Positions 40,695 through 49,788 of a DNA stretch of 64,000 nucleotides are shown piece by piece. The stretch lies in the NCBI GenBank assembly GCA_024639785.1, contig JAHEGI010000021.1, positions 69,857-133,856 on the forward strand. The letters are read 5' to 3'. The stretch's first letter is position 1. Each line of letters starts with the position of its first letter. The notes under the pieces are model-generated. The model was given only the letters and a program-made list of their open reading frames with translations. It was not told the origin of the DNA and did no database searches. Source of the DNA: Cryomorphaceae bacterium. GTDB lineage: Bacteria; Bacteroidota; Bacteroidia; Flavobacteriales; Schleiferiaceae. The translations under genes and the position numbers were made by a program.

Positions 40695-41272
40695 CACAGG
40701 GAGGAATCATTGCCCTCAAATGGGCTATTGAACGAAGCGAAGGCCGCCCCATGTTGATCCTTTTCAGAAACTTGAAAGGCTTGTTTCGGGCCTTCGAAAG
40801 CCTTGAGCCAGTCAATATTCAAGTCTTGGTCTAAATAGTCCAAACAGCCTTCCGATTCTGGAGCATAGAAAGCGCTGCATTTGTACTGAAAAATCGTGTG
40901 ATCCTCCAACGTGAGAAAACCATGGGCAAAGCCAGCAGGGATGTACAGTCGTCGATGATTTTTCGCACTGAGCACGATGCCAAAATGTTGGCCATAGCTC
41001 GGTGAGTTTTTGCGCAAATCCACGGCCACGTCATACACGGCGCCCTGGACGACGGATACCAATTTGGCTTGCGCATGCGGAGGACGTTGAAAGTGCATTC
41101 CGCGGAGTACCCCGCGATGGCTCATGCTTTCGTTGTCCTGAAGCCACACGGGTCCGGTTTCGTGACGATGGGTTTCCATAAAGTACCCTCGGTCATCCCC
41201 AAAAACGCGAGGGGCTAAAAGAAGGAGTCCAGGGAGGGCCTCTTCCACGAGTTCAAGTCCAAAGTGCTTCAT
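40694..41272 (-). CDS. rfbC: dTDP-4-dehydrorhamnose 3,5-epimerase
   Basis: FGDDRGYFMETH and LRGMHFQ..AQAKLVSVVQGAVYDVAVDLR are RmlC cupin motifs. The ATG at 41272 forms an ATGA overlap with the upstream stop. Confidence 0.88.
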   Translation of the reverse strand: MKHFGLELVEEALPGLLLLAPRVFGDDRGYFMETHRHETGPVWLQDNESMSHRGVLRGMHFQRPPHAQAKLVSVVQGAVYDVAVDLRKNSPSYGQHFGIVLSAKNHRRLYIPAGFAHGFLTLEDHTIFQYKCSAFYAPESEGCLDYLDQDLNIDWLKAFEGPKQAFQVSEKDQHGAAFASFNSPFEGNDSSL

Positions 41273-42078
41273 GAGGAGAAATGGCGTTGTGTCCACGAAA
41301 CTAACGTCGACTGTGCATGAGGATTGCCCGCCACGATTTGGCGAGCATGTATGAGTTCAAAATCAGTTTGAGCCTGCCCCGAAAAGTCAGAAACCCGACC
41401 GCCCGCTTCGCGAACCAGTAGGACACCTGCGGCCACATCCCAGGGGGCCAGCCCATGTTCGAAGAAGGCGGCAAAGCGCCCTTGGGCGACCCAGGCCAAA
41501 TCCGTGGCAGCCGAACCAAAGCGACGCACGCCACGTGAGCCCTGAAAGCATGCCCGCAGGACCTGGAGGTAGGCTTCCATAGCTTCAAAGTCATGGTAAG
41601 GGAAGCCCGTTGCTACGAGGCCTTGACGTATTTCAGGTCCATCACTGATCTGAAGGCGGTGGCCGTTGAGCCAGGCCCCTTGCTCGCGTTCTGCCCAGAA
41701 GAGCATGTTTTGCCCTAATTCAAACACGGCAGCCCAGAGCAGTCCTTCGGAGTCCATCAAGGCAACAGATACGGCATAGGGGGGGAGGTTATGAATGAAA
41801 TTCGTCGTTCCATCGAGGGGGTCGATCACCCAATTATACCCTTGGTCTACCCATGGGTAATCACCCTCTTCCCCAATAACTCCAGAGCCGGGAAGGATGG
41901 ATTGAAAGCCAGATACGAGATCTTCCTCTGCCTGACGATCTACATAACTCACCAGGGAGTTGAGGCTTTTGCTTTCGACCTGACGGGCATCAAATTCAAG
42001 GCGTTCTTCTTGGATCCACTGTCCAACCTTTTGAACATGGGCAAGTGCTGCTTCGCGGTGTGATGGAGTCCAGGTCAT
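41269..42078 (-). CDS. Inositol monophosphatase family protein (SuhB-like)
   Basis: 269 aa with the WVIDPLDGTTNF and AAGVLLVREAGG motifs. Confidence 0.85.
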   Translation of the reverse strand: MTWTPSHREAALAHVQKVGQWIQEERLEFDARQVESKSLNSLVSYVDRQAEEDLVSGFQSILPGSGVIGEEGDYPWVDQGYNWVIDPLDGTTNFIHNLPPYAVSVALMDSEGLLWAAVFELGQNMLFWAEREQGAWLNGHRLQISDGPEIRQGLVATGFPYHDFEAMEAYLQVLRACFQGSRGVRRFGSAATDLAWVAQGRFAAFFEHGLAPWDVAAGVLLVREAGGRVSDFSGQAQTDFELIHARQIVAGNPHAQSTLVSWTQRHFSS

Positions 42079-43418
42079 GAGGCTACTGGACTTTGCTGTT
42101 GGATAGGTTGGACATCTAAGCCATCATGGCTGCCCCATTCTCCGAGCATGACATGCTCAACGGTTCCTGCGCGATCGGCATCGAACGGACATTGGACTCG
42201 GATATAATTCTCGGTGTAGCCAAACATGAGTCCCTCGCGGTTAGCCTCTTCCCAGAGTACGCGACGAATCGTGCCGCGGTGTCTCAAGGCAAAATTCTTT
42301 TGTTTTTGGGCAGAAAGGAGTCGCAAGCGATGATTTCGTGCTTTACGCTCTACCGGAGGAACCACACCATCTAGGTGTATGGCTTCGGTACCGGGTCGCT
42401 CCGAGTAGGTAAATACATGGAGGTAGCCGATGGGTAAGTTGGCCAAAAATTGGTAGCTATCGAGGAAGTGTTCTTCGGTCTCTCCGGGGAAGCCTACAAT
42501 GACATCCACTCCGATGCAGGCATCCGGCGTACGAGCCAAAATGGCTTCGACCCGTTGTTGATAGAGTTCCCTTTGGTAACGCCGCTTCATCTTCCCTAGG
42601 ATTTCATTGTTCCCACTTTGAAGCGGGATGTGAAAATGGGGCACAAAACGTTGACTGTGCGAAACAAAGTCAATGACTTCATTGCTTAAAAGGTTGGGTT
42701 CGATGCTCGAGATTCGGATGCGATCCAAGCCATCGACTTCGTCCAAGCCATGCAGAAGGTCAATAAATCGGTGATCGTGGCGCTTGTTGCCAAATTCACC
42801 TTTGCCGTAATCTCCAATATTCACCCCGGTCAGGACGACTTCTTGGACGCCGCGTTGGACCAAAGCGCGCGCTTGGGAAACAGCTTGATCTAAAGGGGCA
42901 GAGCGACTAATCCCCCGCGCCATGGGAATGGTGCAGTAGGTGCACTTGTAGTCGCAGCCATCCTGCACTTTCAAGAATGCCCGGGTGCGGTCTCCTAAGC
43001 TGTAGGCTGCTTGATAGTTCTCTACGTCTTGAATTTCACATGAGTGGATGATGGCTTCATCCTGCTTGGTTAAGTCGGTCAAAAATTGGCGGAGATGCAA
43101 TTTTTCTTGGGCGCCCACGACCAAATCCACTCCATCCATCGCGGCGATTTCGGAAGGTCGAAGTTGAGCATAGCAGCCTGTGACAACGATAAACGCTTCC
43201 GGATTCGCACGCAAGGCCTTGCGCACAATGCTTCGACACTCCACGTCCGCCTGATTGGTGACGGAGCAGGTGTTGATGATGACGACATCGGCTCCAGACT
43301 TTAATTCTGTCAAGGTCATGCCTGCGCCTTGAAGGTCACGCGAAATCGTGCTGGATTCTGCAAAATTGAGTTTACAGCCCAGCGTGTGAAAAGCAACGGA
43401 TTTTCCTGAAAGCCCCAT
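42075..43418 (-). CDS. mtaB: tRNA (t6A37) methylthiotransferase MtaB (radical SAM)
   Basis: 447 aa; FHTLGCKLNFAES in the N-terminal UPF0004 domain, a CDYKCTYC radical-SAM cluster and a TRAM-like C-terminus. Confidence 0.85.
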   Translation of the reverse strand: MGLSGKSVAFHTLGCKLNFAESSTISRDLQGAGMTLTELKSGADVVIINTCSVTNQADVECRSIVRKALRANPEAFIVVTGCYAQLRPSEIAAMDGVDLVVGAQEKLHLRQFLTDLTKQDEAIIHSCEIQDVENYQAAYSLGDRTRAFLKVQDGCDYKCTYCTIPMARGISRSAPLDQAVSQARALVQRGVQEVVLTGVNIGDYGKGEFGNKRHDHRFIDLLHGLDEVDGLDRIRISSIEPNLLSNEVIDFVSHSQRFVPHFHIPLQSGNNEILGKMKRRYQRELYQQRVEAILARTPDACIGVDVIVGFPGETEEHFLDSYQFLANLPIGYLHVFTYSERPGTEAIHLDGVVPPVERKARNHRLRLLSAQKQKNFALRHRGTIRRVLWEEANREGLMFGYTENYIRVQCPFDADRAGTVEHVMLGEWGSHDGLDVQPIQQQSPVAS

Positions 43419-43447
43419 CGCGCGAATTTACGGCTTTTCATCGGTGC

Positions 43448-43455
43448 TATCTTTG
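43448..43455 (+). promoter_or_regulatory. -7 box TATCTTTG, 4 nt upstream of the SBP-gene ATG (leaderless geometry)
   Basis: The plus strand reads TATCTTTG-atgc-ATG. Confidence 0.5.
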
Positions 43456-43459
43456 ATGC

Positions 43460-45130
43460 ATGGCTAGACAAATCCCTCGCTGCGTTATTTTCTCTTCGCT
43501 CTTATTTTTGGCGATGTTTAGCGGCTGTCAGTCTGATTCTACCGAGGGAAGGGGACAGGTCTTTCGATACAATGAGCCGAGCAGCATAAGTTCACTGGAT
43601 CCAGCCTTTGCCCGAGATCAAGCGCATTCCTGGCTGTCCAAGCAACTTTTCTCGACCTTGGTTAAGAGTGATTCACTCTTGCGGCCTGTTGCTGATCTTG
43701 CGACCCAATGGACGCTTAGTGCAGATGGATTGACCTGGACGTTTACGCTTAGGAGCGACGCATATTTCCATGAAAACCCTTGCTTCCCTGCTGGACAGGG
43801 TCGCATCGTGCAGTCCGAGGACGTTGTTTTTTCTCTCGAGCGATTAACTGATCCGAGCACCGCGAGTCCGGGGGCTTGGGTGCTTGAGAATGTTGCGGCA
43901 ATTCGCGCGATAGGTGCAACAGAAGTACAAATTCAATTATATCAGCCGGATGCCGCTTTTCTAGGCCGCTTAGCCATGCCGTATTGTGGCATTCTGCCTG
44001 CCGAAGCCTTGGCGTATTATGGAAACGATTTCTCCAGTCATCCTGTGGGCTCCGGGCCGTTTTATTTGAAAGCGTGGGCCCGCCAAGAGAAGCTCGTCAT
44101 GCGCAAGCATCCACGCTACTTTGGGCGAGATCAGCAAGGGAATAAACTCCCATATTTGGAAGCTGTGTCTGTGCGGTTTATTCCGGATCGTCAAGCGGCC
44201 TTTTTGGAATTTGTGAAAGGCAATCTCGATTTTGTCAGTGGGGTAGATGCCTCCTATAAGGACCAACTGTTTACGCAAGATGGCCAGCTTCAGACGCGTT
44301 GGGAACGCGATTTCCATTTGCAAAAAATCCCATTTTTGAACACAGAATTCCTCGGAATTCGGGAGCAAAATCCGCAGCCTGAATATCTTGGTGATATTCG
44401 TGTTCGCCGAGCACTCAATTGGGCCATCGACCGGAAAAGTATGATGCGTTACCTCAAGAACACCATTGGAATTCCGGGGTATGGAGGCATTCTGCCCGCG
44501 GGCATGCCAGGGTTTCAATCTATAGAAATGTGGAGAGATCGCGGGGCGGATCCATGGGAATACGATCCTCAGCGGGCTCGAAAAGAACTCCAATCTGCCG
44601 GAATCTTGGATGAAGATGGGCAGGCCAGGCCCGGAATCGAACCGATAGTGATTTCGACCACAGCAAGTTATCGCGATATCTGCGAGTATATCCAAAGTGC
44701 CTGGGGCCGCTTAGGTTTGCCTGTGCAGGTCAACGTCATGCCATCTGCGGCTTTTCGCGAGGATAAATCCCAAGGTCGGCTCGCCGTCTATCGGGCAAGT
44801 TGGATTGCAGACTACCCAGCTCCGAGCAATTACTTCATGCTCTTCGAATCCCGCTATGCCGCCCCGAAAGGCCCCAATGCCTCGCAAGTTTTGTCCTCCG
44901 AATATGATGCCCTAGTCGATGCCCTAGCCCAACGGGAACATGAAGGGAGTGGGGAGGAAGCCGCTTTCGAAATTGACCGATGGCTCCATGAACAGGCCCT
45001 CTTTGTGCCCCTATTTTATGATGAAAGTGTCCGGGTCTTTCGTAAAAAGTGGACGGGTATCGAGGCTCATCCAATGAACATGCTCGACCTCAGTCAAGTT
45101 CGGCATCAACGCGCAGCGGCTCTGCGATGA
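43460..45130 (+). CDS. ABC transporter substrate-binding lipoprotein, family 5 (peptide/nickel type), orphan
   Basis: 556 aa with a lipobox (LAMFSGC) and an SBP_bac_5-like sequence. No permease or ATPase genes are adjacent. Confidence 0.75.
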   Translation: MARQIPRCVIFSSLLFLAMFSGCQSDSTEGRGQVFRYNEPSSISSLDPAFARDQAHSWLSKQLFSTLVKSDSLLRPVADLATQWTLSADGLTWTFTLRSDAYFHENPCFPAGQGRIVQSEDVVFSLERLTDPSTASPGAWVLENVAAIRAIGATEVQIQLYQPDAAFLGRLAMPYCGILPAEALAYYGNDFSSHPVGSGPFYLKAWARQEKLVMRKHPRYFGRDQQGNKLPYLEAVSVRFIPDRQAAFLEFVKGNLDFVSGVDASYKDQLFTQDGQLQTRWERDFHLQKIPFLNTEFLGIREQNPQPEYLGDIRVRRALNWAIDRKSMMRYLKNTIGIPGYGGILPAGMPGFQSIEMWRDRGADPWEYDPQRARKELQSAGILDEDGQARPGIEPIVISTTASYRDICEYIQSAWGRLGLPVQVNVMPSAAFREDKSQGRLAVYRASWIADYPAPSNYFMLFESRYAAPKGPNASQVLSSEYDALVDALAQREHEGSGEEAAFEIDRWLHEQALFVPLFYDESVRVFRKKWTGIEAHPMNMLDLSQVRHQRAAALR

Positions 45131-46160
45131 GATCGACCCACAAGGGATGGTGATCGCTATCTCCTTGGATACTTCGCTTCATCCCAACACAGTGCAGGTC
45201 TTCCTCGAGTAAGATCCAATCAATCCGCAAGGGAAACCCCCACAAGCCCGCATACGTGGAACCGAATCCGCGGCCTCGCGAGGTAAATGCATCGGTCCAA
45301 TGCCGCATCCGAAAAGCCGTATTGCTGCTCGGAGCGTCATTAAAATCCCCTAACCAAACCAAGTCAGGTCGGTCGGACTGCTCCGCCCAAGCGAGCAATT
45401 GGTCTACCTGTTGCGCGCGAATTTTTGCTGTTCTCGTCAAGCGCCAGGCACTTCGAAAAAGAGAGGTAGAGATTCCTGCAGAATCGCTTTCCGCTTCGGC
45501 TTCGCGCGCGACGAAGGTGGTGGTCACTAAATGCACGTTGACTACACGGACCCTGCCATGAGGCCCTTCGATATCGGCCCAAACAAATCCTCGGTGCCCT
45601 GGATAACCGGCTTTGAACTCTTCAAAGTTCCATGCGACAATTGGGTACTTAGAAAAAATCTGAAGTCCTTGATCCACATGGGCCGTGTGATGCGGGTAAT
45701 AAGCTTCGAGGCTTCGTTGTGGTCCCGAATTCAGGCGATTTTCTTGAATAGCCAAAACATCAGCATGCAGATTCAACGCGGCTTGTTGCATTCTCGCTTC
45801 GGTGACTTCCGGTTCGGTCCAATTGGCATTGCGCCATTGGTGCACATTCCATGTAGCCAATCGGAAGGTCCCTTCTTGATCGGATTCGGTATTAAAATGG
45901 ATCCAGCCTTGACTTTGGGGCCATGTCAAAAGGAGGATGCACAAACCTAATAGTGCCGATAAGCGTAATTGACTCGCAGCAAGCAGCGTCCAGCCTAGGT
46001 GCCACAGAAAAAACAACGGCCATGCCAGAGCCAATGGAGCGAGCCATGGAAATGGATTTGGAGCAATGTAATAGCCTAACGTGGAAGCCAAGGTGAAGGG
46101 GCCGGCGAGCAAGTGTGGCCAAATGGATAGCCAGCGGCGCCACGATTTAGTTCTTCCCAT
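45090..46160 (-). CDS. Membrane-anchored endonuclease/exonuclease/phosphatase (EEP) family protein
   Basis: 356 aa with N-terminal TM helices followed by EEP motifs (ATWNV, LAIQE, GDFN, SDHHPL). Confidence 0.8.
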   Translation of the reverse strand: MGRTKSWRRWLSIWPHLLAGPFTLASTLGYYIAPNPFPWLAPLALAWPLFFLWHLGWTLLAASQLRLSALLGLCILLLTWPQSQGWIHFNTESDQEGTFRLATWNVHQWRNANWTEPEVTEARMQQAALNLHADVLAIQENRLNSGPQRSLEAYYPHHTAHVDQGLQIFSKYPIVAWNFEEFKAGYPGHRGFVWADIEGPHGRVRVVNVHLVTTTFVAREAEAESDSAGISTSLFRSAWRLTRTAKIRAQQVDQLLAWAEQSDRPDLVWLGDFNDAPSSNTAFRMRHWTDAFTSRGRGFGSTYAGLWGFPLRIDWILLEEDLHCVGMKRSIQGDSDHHPLWVDLIAEPLRVDAELD

Positions 46161-46977
46161 ACCGCGCCAAAAATTCTTTTTCTGCTGCTGTTAAGGCCTC
46201 GTAGCCCACCCGGGAAATTTTGTCTAAAATCCCATCTAAGTCAAGTCCATCCTTTCCGACGACATGCAGAGGTGCTCTGTGATGACGTGCATTCTTGGCG
46301 CGTTTTGTCCAATTCATGCGCATCAACCAAGCCGGATTTTTAGCCATGATCCACCCGATGGCAGCCCCGCCCAAATGGGCCATATTCCCACCTGCATTGG
46401 GCCCCTGCAACCCCGAAATGCTGATAAGCATTAACAGTAAACTAATGGCCCACAAGGGTAGCCGTAGAACGCCGAAGACGTACACGGGCATTTGCGGTGA
46501 CATGCGGGTAGCGGCCAAGAGTAGAGCCAACACCCCCCCTGAGGCGCCCATCAGCGGGGGCCACTGCGGATAGAAATAGCTTGCCACTGCGTAGGCAACA
46601 CCACCTGCGACAATACCTAGTGCAAAGAGGCGCGCAACTTGCACATCTTGCCAGAAGGTCTTGAGCATGTGACCGGCAAAGTAGAGCATGAGCCCATTGA
46701 GTAGCAGGTGAACCGCCCCATAATGAAGGAAGCCATAACTAAATAGGGTCCAAACTTGCCCTATGTTCCATGTTTGAATGGCAGGAAGGGCGGCGTAGCG
46801 CAGTAAGGCTGACTCTACGCCCACACCACTAAGCCAGCCAGTCGCCTCGAGGATCGTCTGCAGGATGAAGCAAAGGATGAGTATCAGGACCCACCGATGA
46901 ACCCAGGATTCATGGGTCCAACGGTTGATTTCTTGGAGCCACGGAGCCTGCTTTTTGGACGAAAATGGAAAGCCCAT
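46147..46977 (-). CDS. Rhomboid family intramembrane serine protease (paralogue 2, with C-terminal soluble extension)
   Basis: 276 aa with HLLLN, GASGGV (catalytic Ser) and AHLGGA (catalytic His). Confidence 0.85.
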   Translation of the reverse strand: MGFPFSSKKQAPWLQEINRWTHESWVHRWVLILILCFILQTILEATGWLSGVGVESALLRYAALPAIQTWNIGQVWTLFSYGFLHYGAVHLLLNGLMLYFAGHMLKTFWQDVQVARLFALGIVAGGVAYAVASYFYPQWPPLMGASGGVLALLLAATRMSPQMPVYVFGVLRLPLWAISLLLMLISISGLQGPNAGGNMAHLGGAAIGWIMAKNPAWLMRMNWTKRAKNARHHRAPLHVVGKDGLDLDGILDKISRVGYEALTAAEKEFLARYGKN

Positions 46978-46980
46978 GGC

Positions 46981-47667
46981 TTAATAGCGTCGAAATTGTT
47001 TTTGCTTCCAGTAACGCAGCAACAGGAATCCAAAGAGCATGCCGCCAATGTGGGCAAAATGAGCAATGTTGCTCCCCGGATTTGAAAAGCCAGAAAAAAG
47101 TTCAAAAGCTCCATAAAACAGGACAAAGTACTTGGCTTTGATCGGCATCAAAAAGTAGATATAGATCCGTTGATTGGGATAGGTCATGCCAAAGCCAAGG
47201 AGTAAGCCAAAAACGGCCCCTGAGGCCCCTACCGTGGGTATGAAGAGCAGCATTTGTGCCATCTGACCGGACTGGAAATTCCCCATGACCTGATATTCAT
47301 TGAGATAGCGGTAATACTCAAACATGTTCACACCGAGGTGACATAAGGCTGCGCCGAGACCCGTCACGAAATAGAAAATGAAAAAACGTTGGCTTCCCCA
47401 AAGGTTTTCGAGTGAAACGCCGAACATCCAAAGGGCGAACATATTGCCAAAAATGTGACTCAAATTGCTGAGGTCGTGAAAGAAGAGATGGGTGACGAGC
47501 TGATAGGGTTGAAATTCGGAGGATTGCGGCAGGTATAAGCCGAACATGGAAAGGAGATCGATGCCCATTTGCGCAAAGACGATGCTGGCGAAATATGCCA
47601 AGCCATTGATAATCAACAGATTTTTAATGACTGGAGGGAGGAGCGAAAACGATTGTCTTTGGAACAT
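46981..47667 (-). CDS. Rhomboid family intramembrane serine protease (paralogue 1)
   Basis: Start taken at the ATG at 47667 (MFQRQSF..), directly after the mutL stop. Motifs are HIFGN, GASGAV and AHFAHIGG. Confidence 0.85.
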   Translation of the reverse strand: MFQRQSFSLLPPVIKNLLIINGLAYFASIVFAQMGIDLLSMFGLYLPQSSEFQPYQLVTHLFFHDLSNLSHIFGNMFALWMFGVSLENLWGSQRFFIFYFVTGLGAALCHLGVNMFEYYRYLNEYQVMGNFQSGQMAQMLLFIPTVGASGAVFGLLLGFGMTYPNQRIYIYFLMPIKAKYFVLFYGAFELFSGFSNPGSNIAHFAHIGGMLFGFLLLRYWKQKQFRRY

Positions 47668-47669
47668 AG

Positions 47670-49451
47670 TTATTGAAATTGGGCAGAGAGTGCTTCTCCA
47701 TCTAAAATACGGGCAATGGCTTTGCCTTGCGCATCCACCCATGGGTTCTCTAAGGCGAATAATTCATCGAGTAGGGCGCGTAGGTCCTGCGTTTGAGGCA
47801 AGGATTTGTTTGTTGCCCAAGCGGAAAGCCATTGGTTGATGACCTGTTGCAGGGCTTCTTCCTCCTGTTGTGGATTGGTTGCCAGAAGGGACTCGAGCCA
47901 TTCCATTGCTTCGGAAGGTTCAAGAAAATAGGGTCCAGCCTGAATTTGACGCACTCCTTGCTCTTCAGTCCATTGAAAGCCCAGTCTAGGTAAAATATCC
48001 ACCCACGCTAACCAACGGCTTTGGGAGGGCAGATCCACCACTTCGGGAAATAACCACGTTTGCGCCGTAATTCCTTCTCCATGGGTCAAGGCCGCCGCGG
48101 TTTTCTGTTGAAAAAGATGCCGACGCGCCCTCGGGACGTGCACTGTGACGAGGCCATTTTTGAGGGAGGCAATGGCAAAGTGCGGGGGAAGAGGAAGGCA
48201 GAAACTGGTGGGAGATAGCGCAGATTCTTTCGGGTCCTCGGATTCTTCCCATTGCCATGCCGCTTGGCTTCCGACGTTGGCTTGCGGGGGAGCAAAAAAG
48301 TCGAAGCTCTCCTTGGCTGTGCTTCGAGGGTTTGAATTCTTGTCCGAACTAAATGGATTGTAATCCGGATTTACACGGATTTGTGGGGGCGCTGGTTGAT
48401 TGCGAATATCCCATTCCACGTGCTGCTGGAGATTGGCCTCAAAATCGAGTGTAGGAGTTACTTGATGAATCCCGAGTGCTCGTTTAATTGCGCTTCGAAG
48501 AATGGCATAAATGGCCCGTTCGTCTTCGAATTTAACCTCGGTTTTGGCGGGATGAACATTGACATCCACTCGATCGGCAGGCACTTCTAAGAAGAGTACA
48601 TAAGCCGGGTGATGTTCAGCGGGCAGGAGGCCTTCAAAGGCTTCGATGACAGCCTTATGCAGGTATGGACTGCGGATTGGGCGTCGGTTCACGTACAGAT
48701 ATTGGTCGCCCCGTGTTTTCCGGGCATGCTCTGGACGTAGGACGAAACCATCGCAGCGTACGACTTCTGTTTTTTCGCCGACGGGCACCAGTCGTTCGTT
48801 GGCCTTTTTCCCTAAAATTTGGGTGACGCGTTGCCGTGGATTGCCTACATCGAGAGACCAAACATCTTTCCCGTTGTGTTTGAGTATTAACCGCGTCTGG
48901 GGTTGCGCCAAGGCGATGGAAGCAAAAGTTTCTGAAATATGCCTGAACTCAATGGTATCGTTCTTCAGAAATTGCCGGCGTGCCGGCACATTAAAAAATA
49001 GGTTTTTGGCCGTGATCGTGGTTCCTACGGAGGCAGCTACTTTTTTGGCTGATCCCAGTTGACCACCTTCGCAACTTAATTCGGTGGCTACAGTGTGCTC
49101 GGCGGTTCGGCTTCTTATGCTCGCATGGGACACCGCAGAAATGGAGGCAAGTGCTTCTCCACGGAATCCCATGGTGTTCAAGGCAAACAAATCATCGGCG
49201 GAACGCAGTTTTGACGTCGCATGCCGCGCAAATGCGGCGGGCAGATCCTCGGCATCTATCCCGCTGCCGTTGTCTATGACTTGAATGGACGTTCTGCCGG
49301 CGTCTTGGATCAATACCGTAATTTCCGTAGCCCGGGCATCGAGGGAATTCTCCATGAGTTCCTTGATGATGGAAGCTGGTCGCTGAACGACTTCCCCGGC
49401 GGCAATTTGATTGGCAACCTCTTCTGAGAGATGGTGAATGGTCTGGGGCAT
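47670..49451 (-). CDS. mutL: DNA mismatch repair protein MutL
   Basis: 593 aa; the N-terminal GHKL segment is VANQIAAGEVVQRPASIIKELMENSLDA. Confidence 0.95.
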   Translation of the reverse strand: MPQTIHHLSEEVANQIAAGEVVQRPASIIKELMENSLDARATEITVLIQDAGRTSIQVIDNGSGIDAEDLPAAFARHATSKLRSADDLFALNTMGFRGEALASISAVSHASIRSRTAEHTVATELSCEGGQLGSAKKVAASVGTTITAKNLFFNVPARRQFLKNDTIEFRHISETFASIALAQPQTRLILKHNGKDVWSLDVGNPRQRVTQILGKKANERLVPVGEKTEVVRCDGFVLRPEHARKTRGDQYLYVNRRPIRSPYLHKAVIEAFEGLLPAEHHPAYVLFLEVPADRVDVNVHPAKTEVKFEDERAIYAILRSAIKRALGIHQVTPTLDFEANLQQHVEWDIRNQPAPPQIRVNPDYNPFSSDKNSNPRSTAKESFDFFAPPQANVGSQAAWQWEESEDPKESALSPTSFCLPLPPHFAIASLKNGLVTVHVPRARRHLFQQKTAAALTHGEGITAQTWLFPEVVDLPSQSRWLAWVDILPRLGFQWTEEQGVRQIQAGPYFLEPSEAMEWLESLLATNPQQEEEALQQVINQWLSAWATNKSLPQTQDLRALLDELFALENPWVDAQGKAIARILDGEALSAQFQ

Positions 49452-49455
49452 GGCC

Positions 49456-49746
49456 TTACAAGACGTGTGGAATGGTCAAATACCGAAGCAAAATGTAGCC
49501 CAGAGCACCTAGGATGAGAATCAGCATGAGGGGTCCCCGCGCAGAACCTCCTTTGGCATTGGTGCTGCGCTTGGAGGCCCAGGCATCCCTCAACTGTTCT
49601 CGACGCACATCCGAGTCCTTGCTGCGCTCTCCTTCTCGCGCTTGACGACGAGATTCCATCTTCGCTTTTTTCTCGTCATAATAACGATGTTGCAGGTTGA
49701 AGCCGCGTGGCTGCCGTTGTTTAGAAAATGCGGAAAAGAGTCCCAT
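49456..49746 (-). CDS. Hypothetical small basic protein with C-terminal TM (96 aa)
   Basis: The ORF ends 4 nt upstream of mutL. It has an Arg/Lys/Glu-rich N-terminal part and a C-terminal helix LMLILILGALGYILL. Confidence 0.5.
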   Translation of the reverse strand: MGLFSAFSKQRQPRGFNLQHRYYDEKKAKMESRRQAREGERSKDSDVRREQLRDAWASKRSTNAKGGSARGPLMLILILGALGYILLRYLTIPHVL

Positions 49747-49753
49747 AGACCTT

Positions 49754-49761
49754 CAAAGGTA
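49754..49761 (-). promoter_or_regulatory. -7 box TACCTTTG, 7 nt upstream of the first ATG of the mutL operon
   Basis: The minus strand reads TACCTTTG-aaggtct-ATG. Confidence 0.45.
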
Positions 49762-49776
49762 AAGCCTTTTTTGGGG

Positions 49777-49784
49777 TACATTTC
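49777..49784 (+). promoter_or_regulatory. Degenerate -7 box TACATTTC, 4 nt upstream of the GH3-fusion ATG
   Basis: One mismatch to TAnnTTTG (final C), with the same N4 spacing to the ATG at 49789. Confidence 0.3.
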
Positions 49785-49788
49785 GGCT

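Noticed and set aside
43970-44695. A 241-aa antisense ORF within the SBP gene, and the 36137..36490 ORF antisense to LOG
   Set aside because: Both are fully nested opposite well-supported genes. They have no motifs and no plausible promoter or start context.
47668-47742. A 5' extension of the first rhomboid ORF overlapping the mutL 3' end
   Set aside because: The internal ATG at 47667 sits directly after the mutL stop and gives a normal rhomboid N-terminus. The extension is Cys/Arg-rich and not protein-like.
49642-49788. A 5' extension of the GH3-fusion ORF overlapping the divergent small gene
   Set aside because: The extension would overlap the opposite-strand gene and its promoter. The ATG at 49789 yields a signal-peptide-like N-terminus and is preceded by a near-consensus -7 box.
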